A stretch of DNA of 64,000 bases from Octopus sinensis (taxonomy: Eukaryota), in contig NC_043002.1 in NCBI RefSeq assembly GCF_006345805.1, positions 113,274,001 to 113,338,000 of the forward strand. The letters are read 5' to 3'. The position numbers were made by a program, and so were the translations under genes. The stretch's first letter is position 1. Every line of letters begins with the position of its first letter. This document shows, piece by piece, positions 20,575 through 34,754 of the stretch. Below the pieces are notes generated by a model, which was not told the DNA's origin, did no database searches, and saw nothing but the letters and a program-made list of their open reading frames with translations.

Positions 20575-22654
20575 TGTTTCTTTATTAGCCACACAGGGCT
20601 GCACACAGACGGGACAAATTACAAGGTATAGCTTTTTTTGGGGAGATAAAAAAAAAGGTGGGTTGGTTTTCGATCAAAAGGAATCGTAAATGGAGAGAAA
20701 GAGAAAAGCAAAAGAAAAAAAGGGGGGAGAAAGAAAAAAGAAGGAAAAAGAAAAAATCGATCAATAGGGATCGTTATCACAGAAATGTCAATGTAAAGTG
20801 TAAAGGGGAAGACAGGTGAGGTTTACCCGTGGAAAGAAAAGCCTACGGAAAAGACCACGGTAACCTCGGTCAATGAAGTCACATGTTATATTTTTTTACA
20901 AATAAGCAACTCCCTGTATTAATTTTTCCGGGTTCATAGGGTCATAGTCAAGGTGGCTTCGTCATTCACAAGTATGATAAAAATAGCTCTTCCTTCCCGT
21001 TTGAAGGAAGGAGGCGTGACGATATTAACGATAGACTCGGCTGATAAACCGACACGTCCCGCACGTGACAGCAGTCGTTCGACATAAGCCCACAGGTCGG
21101 AGATTGTTGGACACTGCACGATTGCGTGCAGAACGGTTTCGTCGCTCTGACCGCATCTCGGGCAGGTCGGCCCCGTGTTTCTCGAGCCATGCCTATAGAG
21201 CTTATACCGAACGGGTTGCGCTTCTCGGTAGCACTGCCAGGCCAGGGATCTCTGGAAGTTAACCATAGGTCCCGGCCCGAAGGTCGTCTCAAACAGGCGG
21301 GTCAGGTATTCCTCGTCGACGCCCAGGTTCGCCCCAAGATCGTCGTCGTACCTCTCCTCCACTAATCCCCTATAGAATGCTTTGGTTGTGTTGTAGTCAC
21401 TCAAGGTCGACCCGGGACGGCATAGTTACTTGAGAGCAACTCGACACTCGCGGTGCCATTCGCCCTTCCTCGGCCTCTTTTTGATCCACGACTGCAGTTC
21501 TGTCATTGAGACGAGCTGCGGGAAAGCGTGCCTCACAAACGGCGACCACAACTGTTCACCGTCGTCTACATAGAGCCGGAGATGTCGCAGCCTCAGCGCG
21601 TGTCTGCGCATCATCAACCACGGCATGCCCAGTCCTCCTTTTAACGAGTGTTGACAGCAAATGGATCGCCTGACCATCGGGAAGCATCCTTTCCTCAAGA
21701 AGCGGAAGAGAATGCGTTCTAGTTTGGTGATGGTAAGGTCTGGACAAGGTACGACGGTCAGGCGTTAGTAGATAATGGACGCGACGTACGTGTTCGCCAC
21801 CTCCGCACGACCTTTTAGGGACAGTTTCCTCTCGGCCCATTGCCGGGCGAGAGTGACCACCCTACTTGTTATCTCGTTCCAGTTCTTCTCTATTTGGAGG
21901 TCCGGACCGAACCAAACCCCGAGCAACTTGACCGGGCCGTCCGTCCAGCGTCCCACGACGGAGGTGCTGGTGGACGGCATGTGCTTGCTTCTCCAGGTGC
22001 CGAGCCGCAAGCCCACTGACTTTTCCCGGTTGATTTTCGCTCCTGTCACCGCTTCGTAGTCTTTCATTGTCTCGCCGACCAGCTCGATGTGCTCGTGACT
22101 TGACACTATGACGGTGACGTCGTTCGCGTATGCAGACACGCTCGTCCCGCATCCCAATTCTCGCGGGATGCCCCTCAGAGTCGCCAGCTTCCGCAGTAGT
22201 GGCTCGAGAGTCAATACGTAGAGAAGCGACGAGGGGGGCATCCCTGACGGACTGAACGTGCAATGTCGAAAGGTCTCGATAGATGTCCATTTACGCGAAT
22301 TACCGAACGGATACCTCTGTACAAGGCGGCTATCCAGCCGCGGAAGACGGGACCGAAACCAGCCGCTCTCAGGACTGCCTCCAAGTATCGATGGTCTACC
22401 CTATCGAAAGCTTTCGATTGATCCAAATTGATCAGGGCCCCACCCATGCCAGGTGCCTTAACTACTCTGTCTATGATGTAGCGCATCAGATAGAGGTCGT
22501 CATGGATGCTCCGGCCCGGCAGGGCACACGTTTGCGCCTTGTCGACCAGTTTCTCGATGACAAGCGCCAACCTCTTGGCTAACACCTTGGTCAAAATTTT
22601 CAGGTCTGCATTGAGCAGAGTGATTGGCCAAAAGTTATCTATAATGTCCCCCTT

Positions 22655-22655
<1 letters not shown>
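20575..22655 (-). mobile_element. 5'-truncated Tx1/L1-clade LINE flanked on both sides by (GATA)n
   Basis: RT pieces NLDQSKAFDRVDH, SVRQGCP, LEPLL, SAYAND; zinc-knuckle CPRCGQSDETVLHAIVQC. Several frameshifts. Polypyrimidine 3'UTR ending TAATAAAGAAACA. GATA at 20475-20574 and 22655-22822. Confidence 0.9.
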
Positions 22656-22724
<69 letters not shown>

Positions 22725-22804
22725 GGATGGATGGATAGATAGATAGATTAGATAGATAGATAGATATAGATAGATAGATAGATGATAGATAGATATATAG
22801 ATAG

Positions 22805-22866
<62 letters not shown>

Positions 22867-23712
22867 AAACGAATGAAGTGGAGCAGTTTCTCGATTATCT
22901 GTCAAGACACTTTGAACTCTCCACCACTATGATACCGCCCGCCTCCATTTTGAGAACTAATTAGCGCTCCTTGCTAAAGTGTCAACATTCCAAGTAACTG
23001 CGTTTTATCAACGAGTCTATTAGCTTTTATTCTAACTTGTATCTCTACTCTGGACCTTTCCTTTTCATATCATCTTTCTCGTAAACGAGGATTATTTGTG
23101 ACTCTATGTACACAAACGTTATTCCGTGTACGGAGTTGCGTCTATAAATGTGTGTGCGTGTGCGTGTGCGTGCGTGTGTATGTGTGTGAGCAAGTGTGTG
23201 TGTGTGTGTAGAAACAGTGAAATTCTAACTTTTTTGTATCTCATTAAGAATCGTTCGTCTTGACGTTTCTTCGAACCTTTTATGAACTTATATATTTCAG
23301 GATTAGTCAACACCATGCAAGATTATCATCTGATCTATTGGCCTGTCATCATATAAACCAACATGATTGCAAACATGTGTGCGGATGTAGGAGTTGGTAG
23401 GTATGTAACGGGGAATGTTGCCATTCAGTACATTACATTTTTAACTCAAAATTTTACTTTTAACGACTTCTTACTAATTGAAAATATTCTGGGGCCCTAG
23501 ATACCATTCGCTTGAACATTATAAAACTGATTGCCGTTTAAGTATAGCTTAGATGTTAACAGGCTCAAGGAAACAGCTTAAAGTTGACAATGTTAATGGT
23601 GCCCGGCACACAATAGGCCATAGAATTCTTCACAACCACTCACACACACACAAGCATATATGATTAAAAATGGATTCCTCAAAAGTGTCCTTATTTTATC
23701 AAGATTTTATAT

Positions 23713-24119
23713 AGGTGCAGGAGTGGCCGTGTGGTAAGTAGCTTGCTAACCAACCACATGGTTCCGGGTTCAGTCCCGCTGCGTGGCATGGGCAAGTGTC
23801 TTCTGCTATAGCCCCGGGCCGACCAATGCCTTGTGAGTGGATTTGGTAGACGGAAACTGAAAGAAGCCTGTCGTATATATGTATATATATATAAGTGTGT
23901 GTGTATATGTTTGTGTGTCTGTGTTTGTCCCCCTAGCATTGCTTGACAACCGATGCTGGTGTGTTTACGTCCCCGTCACTTAGCGGTTCGGCAAAAGAGA
24001 CCGATAGAATAAGTACTGGGCTTACAAAGAATAAGTCCCGGGGTCGATTTGATCGACTCAAGGCGGTGCTCCAGCATGGCCGCAGTCAAATGACTGAAAC
24101 AAGTAAAAGAGTAAAGAGT
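23713..24119 (+). mobile_element. SINE A, full length (followed by a degenerate head at ~24140-24320)
   Basis: Complete head, body, microsatellite and tail. Confidence 0.92.
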
Positions 24120-24647
24120 TGATATTAAATGCATGTCCAGGCGTGGCGGTGTGTGAGAAGCTTGCTTCCCAAGCATGTGATCTGGTCTTGGGTTCAGTCC
24201 CACTGCGCGGCACCTTCTACTATTGCTCTGTGGATTTAGTAGATGGAAAGTTGGTGGAAGCCTGTTGGTATGTATATACGCGCACGCGTGTGTATGTGCG
24301 TGCACGCGCCCGCGTGCATGTAACCAGCATTTGGGATACTCAATTAGACGTTAGATGAAAACTGGGACTTTGGTTTTATAACCTGAAAACTATTACCAGT
24401 AGTCAAATCTTCGATGCAAAACGAATACAAAGAAGCAGAGGCTGAACATCAATTGAAACAGTTTTTGAATCCCTTCAGCAACACCTACTAGTAAGCAGGC
24501 ATCGAAGGCCATCCTTGGATCAAGTCAAAATACTTGAGATAAATAGCATTTTGTGAGTTAGAAAAGTACTCCTCGAAAAGCATTCCTTGACTGGTGACCA
24601 AGGATATATACCCAGAGAAGTTGCACAGCTATACTTTCCATCCTTAA

Positions 24648-24738
24648 TGGATAATCCCTTCCCAGTCCCACCATACGCACAGTATCGTTTTACGTGGATG
24701 AAGATCTTGTTTCACGCGCGGTGTCGTTTGTTTACCAG
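24648..24738 (-). mobile_element. mariner transposase fragment
   Basis: Minus strand translates PGKQTTPRVKQDLHPRKTILCVWWDWEGIIH (LHP..LCVWWD motif). Confidence 0.75.
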
Positions 24739-25299
24739 GTTTAAAGGATGAAAAACTGAAAGTTATGCATAGCAATCCTAGGGACAACCAAAATAGCTTG
24801 CTTAAGACCACCAGTTAGTATATTAGCTCTCAACTTAAAGGGTATTCTTTTGCAATCTAGGAACTGGAAATAGCAAAATATTTGATTCACAAATGGGTTA
24901 ATGATGCAAGAACACACTGCTGTAGACTCTATGTAATTCAAATCATATTTAGTTAACCGGAAATATCACTATGATACTATCTAAAACAAGTATCATAATA
25001 TGGCCAGACATCGTACCATGCAATTTGCTAACGAATAATCATGAAGATAAAAATACGAAAATTTTCCGTGCTATACAACACGGTAATACGTCTGCGAAGA
25101 CATCTGTTTAAACGTCTGTAAGCATAAGACCAGTCATGAGGACCTGGAACTGAGAAAAGGTACGAGAAGAAATCAAACTATGAAGCAGACGTTAACATGT
25201 TGGAGATAAAAGAGAGGAAAGAATCTGTGCCGAACTAGTACAAGTTCTGCAGACATTCTGCTCGGTTTATGATGTTACATTTTATGCCTGTAACTATTG

Positions 25300-25687
25300 G
25301 GATGGAAGCACTCCGTCGGTTACGACGACGAGGGTTCCGGTTGATCCGAATCAACGGAACAGCCTGCTCGTGAAATTAACGTGTAAGTGGCTGAGCACTC
25401 CACAGACACGTGCACCCTTAACGTAGTTCTCGGGGATATTCAGCGTGACACAGAGAGTGACAAGGCCGGCCCTTTGAAATACAGGTACAACAGAAACAGG
25501 AAGTAAGAGTGAGAGAAAGTTGTGGTGAAAGAGTACAGCAGGGATCACCACCATCCCCTGCCGGAGCCTCGTGGAGCTTTAGGTGTTTTCACTCAATAAA
25601 CACTCACAACGCCCGGTCTGGGAATCGAAACCGCGATCCTACGACCGCGAGTCCGCTGCCCTAACCACTGGGCCATTGCGCCTCCAC
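25300..25687 (-). mobile_element. SINE B, full length
   Basis: Near-identical to the other B copies; TSD not evident. Confidence 0.93.
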
Positions 25688-26085
25688 TCATGTGACTAGC
25701 ACATTTGATAGTATAATCAACTGCTTTAGAGCTATCTTTAGAAGCTGGCGTAAAAAAAAAGCTGGAAACGATAAGATAATTAAATCCATACAGTCAATGA
25801 CATACATACATACATAATACATACATGTGCGTATAAATACAGGTACAGATACATAATGCGTACATACAGATGCAAAGCCTGATTGTGTAGACATAGATAG
25901 GGCTGCTTTACTAGGAATTATGGATCGCAATCAGTCCCACTACGGCACATCTTCGGTAAGTAACTTACGATTACATCTTTGTCCACCAAAGCCTTGTGAG
26001 TGATTTGGTAGCGGAAAAGTATAAGGCCGTCTGTTATATATATATATATATATATAATATATATATATACATGCATTCATACATG

Positions 26086-26122
<37 letters not shown>

Positions 26123-26129
26123 CATCGTG

Positions 26130-26491
26130 ACACTCCGTCGGTTGCGACGAAGAAGGTTCCGGTTGAACCGAATCAACGGAACAACCTGCTCGTAAAATTA
26201 ACGTGCAAGTGGCTGAGTATTCCACAGACACGTGCACCCTTAACGTAGTTCTCGAGGAGATTCAGCGTGACACAGAGGGTGCCAATGCTGGCCCTTTGAA
26301 ATAGAGGTACCACAGAAACAGGAAGAAAGAGTGAGAGAAAGTTGTGGTGAAAGAGTACAGAAGGGTTCGCCACCACCCCTGCCGGAGCCTCGTGGAGCTT
26401 AAGGTGTTTTCGCTCAATAAACACTCACAACACCCGGAACCACGATCCTACGACCGCGAGTGCGCGCCCTAACCACTGGGCCATTGCCCCT
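26130..26491 (-). mobile_element. SINE B, diverged copy with a head deletion
   Basis: Homology throughout, with more substitutions than the other copies. Confidence 0.85.
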
Positions 26492-26520
26492 CCATATACA
26501 TACATACATATATATATATA

Positions 26521-26601
<81 letters not shown>

Positions 26602-26650
26602 CAAGAAATGGTGGAGTTGTGTTAGATATATATATATATATATATATATA

Positions 26651-26790
26651 TTAAGTTGGCAACTAAGTTCCCGCCGTATTTTTCAACTTAAATTTTTTGA
26701 AAGGTTTAATAAAAAATAACAACTAATTAATAAATAATATATTCACCCTTCTTGTTTACAACTTCTTCCCAGCGTTCAACAATATTTCGA
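26651..26790 (-). mobile_element. mariner 3' end with TIR, in a TA tract
   Basis: Minus strand VERWEEVVNKKGEYII*; terminal TA|TTAAGTTGGCAACTAAGTTCC. Confidence 0.7.
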
Positions 26791-26799
26791 CTCAAATTC

Positions 26800-27185
26800 T
26801 AAGTGGTCGATCAAGAAAATTATAATTACACAAAAAAATAAATAAATAATAAGCAGAATGCAGATGGATTGAAGATATAATGGAGGTGCAAGGCGAGACT
26901 TGATACAGATGAAAATTATGCAAGAAGAACCAAGCCAAAAGAAAAAATGCAAAGATATGAACCGGCGTATAAAAAAATGTCTCGGAAAAATAAGATCCAA
27001 GCCGAAAAAATATTTTTTCAAAAGCAATTGCACACAATCTTAAATCTCATGAAAAAATAAATATGTAATACAGTAAATCTTAAATTAAGCTTTTTTTAAT
27101 TCAGATATTCGTTCTTCCATTTTTCCTATGATCTCGATGAATTGACCTGGTGACGAATTGACCAGTGACGAATTGACCGGACACC
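26800..27185 (+). mobile_element. MULE-like 3' end with one TIR
   Basis: Terminal (GACGAATTGACC)x3 GGACACC resembles the right TIR at 16695-16714 (GACGAATTGTCCGTCTACC). Confidence 0.5.
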
Positions 27186-27186
27186 A

Positions 27187-27552
27187 TACATATGTGTGTG
27201 TGTGTGTATGTGTGTGTGTGTATGTGTGTATGTGTGTGTGTATACGTACATACACACACATAGATACGTGCATACATACGTACGTGCATGCATACATACA
27301 TACATACATACATACATACATACATACATGTATACATGCATACATACATACACACATACACACACATACATACATACATGCATACACATACATACATACA
27401 TACATACATACATACACACATAAATACATACGTACATGCATACATACATACATACACACATAAATACATACGTACATACATGCATACATACATACATACA
27501 CACATAAATACATACGTACATACATACATACATACATACATACATACATACA

Positions 27553-27586
<34 letters not shown>

Positions 27587-27620
27587 CATACATACACACA
27601 TAAATACATACGTACATACA
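27187..27620. repeat. (TG)n then (TACA)n microsatellite
   Basis: Direct reading; source of the MYVC/HTYI artefact ORFs. Confidence 0.95.
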
Positions 27621-28409
27621 TAGAAAAAAGACCAGCTAACGAACACTACATAACGAAGTCAGCAAATAGGCACTTAGCAATTTTCCTCCGCAGGTGGAAC
27701 AAAGAAAATATGCGAGACTTTTATAAATTTCAACATGTAACTCTTTTCCGTTGCTATTATCGAAATTCCGATGATGGCGTATTGCTTCTGGTTTAGCAGT
27801 CAGCATTTTTCAGTAGGAAAAATTCAAGGAATTGAATAAGAGAAAATACACACGCACTACAAACGCACTACATACGCACTACATACGCACATTGATAAAA
27901 TGTAAATAAAAAAAAAAAACAAGAAGAATTAGTGAGAAAATTGAAAGGCGAGAAGACAGAAAACGGAGGAAAGGAAAAAGAAGCAAGGAAACGAACAATC
28001 CAAAGGCAAAAGAAAGGAACGGAGTTCTGGATAAGGGAACTGTACGTCTGTCACTGGCATACCCTTCAAATAAAATTCCGTTAACGAGAAATTAGGGAGG
28101 CGTAATAGCAAAGTCGGTGAAATGAGTAAACATAACCATATGATGCTTCCCAGAAAGTTTGGTATCAGGTGAAAGAGTTGGGGGTGTTCTGGTCATATTG
28201 GGAGGCTGGATAAATATTTGCCTCACAACCTTCCCACAATCAGGTAAGGAAGAAAGAAAGAACGAGACAAAGTGTTGAAGGGGGGGCAGGAGGGAAATTC
28301 TGGGAATGATGTATTTCCATGTAATGTTTTAATTGCTCACAACTGTGGAACTCATTGTAACAAAGCGTTTTCAATAATGGTAAAGATGCACACACGCACA
28401 TACAGACAC

Positions 28410-28440
<31 letters not shown>

Positions 28441-28488
28441 TGTATGTATGTATGTATGTATGTATATACATGTATGTATGTATGTATG

Positions 28489-28520
<32 letters not shown>

Positions 28521-28549
28521 TATACATATATGTATGTATATACTTATAT

Positions 28550-28618
<69 letters not shown>

Positions 28619-28620
28619 TA
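28410..28620. repeat. (TATG)n-(TA)n microsatellite
   Basis: Direct reading. Confidence 0.95.
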
Positions 28621-28821
28621 TGTAGGTGAATGAATTATCCTAGTATTGATAATTCGGTTAATCGATACCTTGGTAGCAAATTCACGTCAGAAAACACGGT
28701 TGTAGCTACATGCCAAGGGTAGAAACCCCGTGTTCTTGTGTGGTAATTTGTGTATTTTTTTAAATGAATAAATGAAAGAATGGAGTCGAACGAAGATTTT
28801 AACAAAATTCTTTTACTTTCA

Positions 28822-28878
<57 letters not shown>

Positions 28879-29144
28879 CTTAAACACTCATACGTTAATG
28901 CACCTACATACATATATAGATAAATACATGAATAAACGCATAAGGCATTTAAGCATGCATTATCGTAGCATTCATCCATACAGAGATTATGCATATGTAC
29001 GAATGATTCAGTGACGTCTTCCAGGTTGAGCATTCCATTTGGGTGATCAAGTGAATTAGTGACTCATTGACTTAGCGTTTTTATACAATGAAATTCAGTA
29101 TGGTTGCGCTGAAAGACCGACAATGTAACAAATATATTTATATA

Positions 29145-29288
29145 TGGATGCAGGCGGATCTGTGTATGTAAGAAGATTGCTTCCCAACCATGTTGGGTTC
29201 AGTTCCTCTGCGCGGCACCTTGTACAAGTGTCTTCTACAATAGCCCGGTCCGTGGATTTGGTAGTCGGAAACTGAAAGAATCCCAAAA

Positions 29289-29325
<37 letters not shown>

Positions 29326-29525
29326 TGTGTCTTCCACCACTTCTTGACCATCGGTATTGGAATGACTACGTCTCCGCAACTTAGTGGTTCGACAAAAGGG
29401 AACGATACAATAAGTACCAGATCTAAAATAAGAACTGGATCGATTTGTTCGACCAAACCCTGCTAGATTTAGCACCAGCATGCCCCGCAATCCAGACCAA
29501 TAAGTAGACCAAGTAAGGGATAAAT
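29145..29525 (+). mobile_element. SINE A, old diverged copy
   Basis: GTAAGAAGATTGCTTCCCAACCATG..GCACCTTGTACAAGTGTCTTCTAC..CCAGCATGCCCCGC. Confidence 0.75.
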
Positions 29526-29842
29526 GGTAAAAGATATGCGCATTTCATTTTCCACATGTTATCCGTAGGACCTTCCCGGTTTAAGAGGTGGGAAAATTTA
29601 TATAGACGATGATGTAAAAACTGCAATTCAGGGGTTCACGCACGCATGAATGAGCATGAATAAACCTGCTTTGATGTTGTTTACGAACGCTTGTACACAC
29701 ACCTTTTCTACACGTGTACCTGCTTCCAATCATATATGCATAATCCAGAAAGATCTACCCATACGCATATGTTTATGTGTGTGTAAACGTGTCTTGATGT
29801 TTTCTTACGAACGTCTTTATGCATAAATGTATTTATATATGA

Positions 29843-30830
29843 CTAACTGGACCCGTTAAAACTTCACGGAAACATAAAAAAATGCAAGCAGAAACTTCAT
29901 TTAATAACTATCGAATTATGTTTAAGCAGGACCCTGGGAAACTGTACGAAATGCCAAAAGTGTAAGTATCTTTAAATAGTGGCCATATTTAGATATGGAA
30001 TAATTTTTGTTATTTGTGTGTTATACTACTAATAATCATAATTTTTATACAATATTATTTGATATTTTTGAGGGGTTTTTTTTAACTGGTACCACCTGTA
30101 GTCCAGGAGGTTTGAGCACTGACGCCTTTTGTTTTTAACTGGTATCACCTGTAGTCATTGAGCTCCACCATCCTGCTAACCAGCTTGAGTGTTGTTGTAA
30201 TTGACTGTGTTGAATTGGGGTACCTCCCGATGAAGACAGTAAAGTATTCTTCGCTGAGGGTTGAACACTATTAGACTGAGTTGCTGTCGCTGCTGCGGAC
30301 ATTGGGGGTGATGATGATGCTGGCTAGTGCGATTTTGTGGTTTGCTGGTATGGTTGAGGAGGAGGCGGCTACGAGAGAGATCTCCGGTTCTCCGGTCTTG
30401 AAGGTTTAATGTGGATGCATAATAGTGGAGCAGGATGGTGTGGTAGTGATGGTAGCTGGTGCGGTGGTCCTTACAGTACTTCAGGGTAGACAATATTTTG
30501 TGTGTATGTCTGACCACGTTTTTTGGCCTTGTCTGTGATCCTGATTGAGTCTCATAACTCTTACTTTGATATTGTTCATAGCTCGAGCTGTTGAAAATGC
30601 GACATATAATTGGTCAAGAAAAAATACCGGTTGAGGTAAATGTAGTCCAACTCTTTCAAATGTTTTCCCTTGAGCCTTATTGATTTTCATTGACTATGCA
30701 AGTCGAAGAGGAAACTGAAGTCTGTTTAGTGTGAATGGAATATCAGCATCACTTGGGCTGAGTTTAATTTTGAGAATTTGAACTGTACGACTTCTGTTGA
30801 AGCTTGTTACCAATCATGCCACCACACAAT
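29843..30830 (-). mobile_element. Helitron 3' end with degenerate RepHel (PIF1-like helicase) C-terminus at 30471-30790
   Basis: IKLSPSDADIPFTLNRLQFPLRLA*SMKINKAQGKTFERVGLHLPQPVF..QLYVAFS and, after a frameshift, TQNIVYPEVL*. Terminal hairpin CCGTGAAGTTTTAACGG then TTAG|T at 29843. Confidence 0.85.
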
Positions 30831-31112
30831 ATTCAGGAAGTATTTGAACTTTCATGCGAGTTCCATTACATAATCCTTGACTGATGGAAAGATTTCTTAG
30901 CAGCATTACAATAGCATTACAATTACAATAGCATTACAATAGCATTACAATTACTATCTGCTGTTTTGCTACTCACTTCCTCTGTTTAAAACCTTTAATT
31001 TGTTTTTCTTTGCACCACTCCCTTCAACAGAAGAAAAGCAACAGTAACATCCACAGGTATTTGGTAAAAGAGTGAGAGAGAGAGAGATGGGCAGACAGAT
31101 AGAATAACTGTC

Positions 31113-31214
<102 letters not shown>

Positions 31215-31225
31215 CAGATAGATAT

Positions 31226-31302
<77 letters not shown>

Positions 31303-31305
31303 CAG

Positions 31306-32816
31306 CCCCTTTTTATTGTGGCCATACAGGGCTAAACACAGAATAAAAATGGACGAAATACAATGTAGAGTTTTTTTCTTTTCGAGGTGGGATGGGTGGG
31401 ACACAAAAAAAAAAACGTTCGATCAATAAGGATCTGTGAGTTGTGGTGTATAAAAAACAATATATATATATATATATAAAGTTCATAGTTTAGGTGTAGC
31501 CTTGGAAAGAAAAACCTACAAAAAAGACCAAGGTCACCTCAGACAGTTCGAAAATGAACACATGAGTAAGTCGCCTTACTTTTCGTTGTCTCTTTTGGTT
31601 ACAGATTTATGCTTAAAATAGTGTCGTCTTTCATACTGACCATTTTTGCCACTTTTACCCACTTTTTATTAAAACATTCGTTCGACAAAGCCTTCCTCTC
31701 TATTCTCATCCTCCTTTTCAAGTGGTACTTGAAAAGTTGACGAGAGACTGACCAGAGAGGAAGGTGTTTGTTTGCAGTCCTTTCAAATGCGTCCACCACA
31801 TACATTCTTTCGCCATAGCCCTCAGCGTAACGAAAACCGTTTTCCCTTCCCGTTTAAAGGAAGGTGGTGGAACAATATCCACGATAGCCTCGGCCGATAA
31901 GCGGGCCCGTCCTACACGCGACAACAGCTGTTCGACGAAGGTCCACAGCTCTGAAATATCTGGACACTGCACGAGTGCGTGCAGAACGGTTTCGTCGCTC
32001 TGACCGCATCTCGGGCAGGTCGGTCCGGTGATGGTTTTCGAACCGTGCCTGTAGCTCTTCTCTCGAACAGGTAGTGCGTCTCGATAGCATTGCCAAGCCA
32101 GGGATTTCTGGAAGTTATCCATAGACCCCGGCCCTAACGTCGTCCTGAACGGGCGGGTTAGGAATTTCTCGTCGACGCCCAGGTTTGCCCCGAGTGTGTT
32201 GTCGGACCTCCCCTCCACTAGTCCTCTATAGAACGCTTTAGTCGTTTGTAAGTTGCACAAGTTTGACCCCGGTCGGCAGAGCTGCTGTAGAGCTTGGCGA
32301 CACTCTCGGTGCCAATCGCCCAGTTTCGGTCTCTTCTTGATCCACGTTTGCAGTTCGGTCAGTAAGACGAGCTGCAAGAAGACGCGCCTCACAAACGGCG
32401 CCCACACCTGTTCACCGTCATCGATGTAGTTCCAGAGATGTCGCAGTCTCAGCGCATACCTGCGCATCATCAACCACGGCATGCCCAGTCCTCCATTCAA
32501 CGGATGCTGACCAGCAAATGGACTTCCTCACCATCGGAACGCCACCCTTCCACAGGAAGCGGAAGAGTATGCGTTCCAGTTTGGTGATGGTGGTGTCGGG
32601 ACAAGGCACGACGGTCAGGCGATAATCGATGACGGATGCGATGTACGCGTTCGCCACCTCCGCCCGACCTTTTGGAGAAAGCTTTCTCTCGGCCCATGTT
32701 TGGCTGAGAGCGATCACTCTACTCGTGATCTCGTCCCAGTTCTTATCCATTTGGAGGTCCGGACTGAACCAGACCCCGAGCAATTTAACCGGTCCGTCCG
32801 TCTAGCGTCCCACTAC
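31306..32816 (-). mobile_element. 5'-truncated Tx1/L1-clade LINE (related subfamily), 3' end in (GATA)n
   Basis: Homologous to 20575-21960 (GGLGMPWL, CPRCGQSDETVLHALVQC). GATA tract at 31113-31302. Confidence 0.9.
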
Positions 32817-33805
32817 TGTGATTATTATTGACATAATGACCTTCCCAAGATACAATAAAATACAGTTTATAAGCTTTCAAAAATGGAAACGTACAGTTAG
32901 TGTTCCCACGACTCATAGTTCTTATAGTTAACAAGTGATTCAACAATTAATATTTTGGGGTAGGTCTAGTATCAGTGATAAAGTGATAAACTAAATGCAT
33001 TGTGGTCTCCTTGCTAATGTCTTCGTTGTATTTTGTCACGTGAAAAAGCAGCTGAAGATTCTTATTCTTTCAAATTATATGAGGTCGGTCAAATACTTCT
33101 TATAAGGAATAGAACATTTGTAAAATGGGACTAAAATTTTGATAGCTTTCATCACTGAGTTTAAAATTTGCAGGACATACTACGTTGTGACATTACGTGT
33201 AGTCTGTGGAAAGTTTCGAAAAATGAATATAAAAATTCTTATGCATAGAAAATCTAAAGTAAAAATAGGCATTTGGACATTTGATATACTTTCGCCAATT
33301 CGTAAAGAATTCAGCTGGTTCTTATTTAATCAGCATCAGATGTAAGAGTAAGAAAATCTACAATGACTGATTTGACAGCAATCAAAATCTGCCGCGTATG
33401 TAATATTTATGGACGTAAACCGATACTTAAACCACTAATTAGTAGCCTTTCATGTTTCGGTTTAGCTCCCAACTGTTGACAAATAACCGACTCTAAATTA
33501 AGCAATTCGGGAAAAGGATAGGGTAAAAGGAAATATTTATACCTTTGTATAGACTGTAATTAATGAACCTTGAGAGATAGCTTTTTTCTTTCTTCCCTCT
33601 TCTGAAACTTAGAAGCTACTTTTTTTATACAGATTCGGGCAAAACATTTTTGCGGCAGCCATTGTTGTCAATCAATAGTATTCACAAGAGACACGCCTAT
33701 CAGTTTATTTGATGAATACTACAAGTTAATTGTTAGAGAAAATTTTTCCAGTAAAATATACTGTTGATGAAGGAAGAGACTTCATGACACTTTTTTTATT
33801 TACAT

Positions 33806-33985
33806 AGGCGCAGACATGACTGAGTGATTAAGAAGCTTATTTTGCAGCCACGTGGTATCGAGTTTAGTCCCACTGCATGCGCGGCACCTTGTTCTAGTGG
33901 CTTCTACTATAGCACTAATAGATCAAGACTTCTGGTGGAATTTGTTAAACAGAAGTTGTGTAGAAGCCGGTCGTGTATATATATA
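33806..33985 (+). mobile_element. SINE A head/body (diverged), followed by repeat D in its TA tract
   Basis: AGGCGCAGACATGACTGAGTGATTAAGAAGCTT..GCGGCACCTTG. Confidence 0.7.
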
Positions 33986-33986
33986 T

Positions 33987-34754
33987 TTTTGTGTCGTCTT
34001 CTAAATGTTTCACGTTCTTGTCCCAGTTTGTATTTTTTTACTTTTACATATGTACATAAGCGACGACGTACCCCCTTTTTGATCCTATACGTAAGTATAT
34101 ATTCTTTAACACATGGTAGGACTATACAACACTGTCTCTCTCCCCCCTCTCCTACATTTCTCTGCCTTTCACACTTTGCACTCCACTTGATCTGTCTCTT
34201 TCTCTCTCTTTCTTCTCCTCCTCCTTTGTTCCTTGTTCCCCTTCTTTCTCTTTTCATCTGACCCTCTTTTTCCTCTCTCTTTCCCTCACGTGACTAGCCC
34301 CCGATTGCTAGCCTTTCGCGTCCAGCAGCCGTTGTGGCAAGACACACTTGTTTGTCTCTCTGTAGCCTTAAGGCTCTCTTCTAACGCCAGCTCAAAAATT
34401 TACTCGTCCTGTCGAAAAGACGCTTGTCTGTGACGTCCTGTTTTTGTTGTTATTATTATTATCATTATCGTTTTTACGTATTTTTGTATTTTTATTCGTG
34501 TAACATCGTCCGGTTTTCCGTCCTTGTTTTGTATACATTCGAGGCTTTCTTTCAAGGAATCTAATGCGCTTGGCTTAGATTTTCCTTTGGGACTGGCCAG
34601 ATCGGAGCAATCTCAAGATTAATCAGCCGAAATTGGGAAGATGATCCGGTTCTTGACTGAAGATTGAAGGCTTCGAATGTCCCGTCCGTGTTTTTTTGTG
34701 TCGTCTTCTAAACGTTTCACGTTCTTGTCCCAGTTTGTATTTTTTTACTTTTAC

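Noticed and set aside
30900-30955. (AGCATTACAAT)x4 repeat as a CRISPR-like or functional array
   Set aside because: No spacers; a simple minisatellite in eukaryotic DNA.
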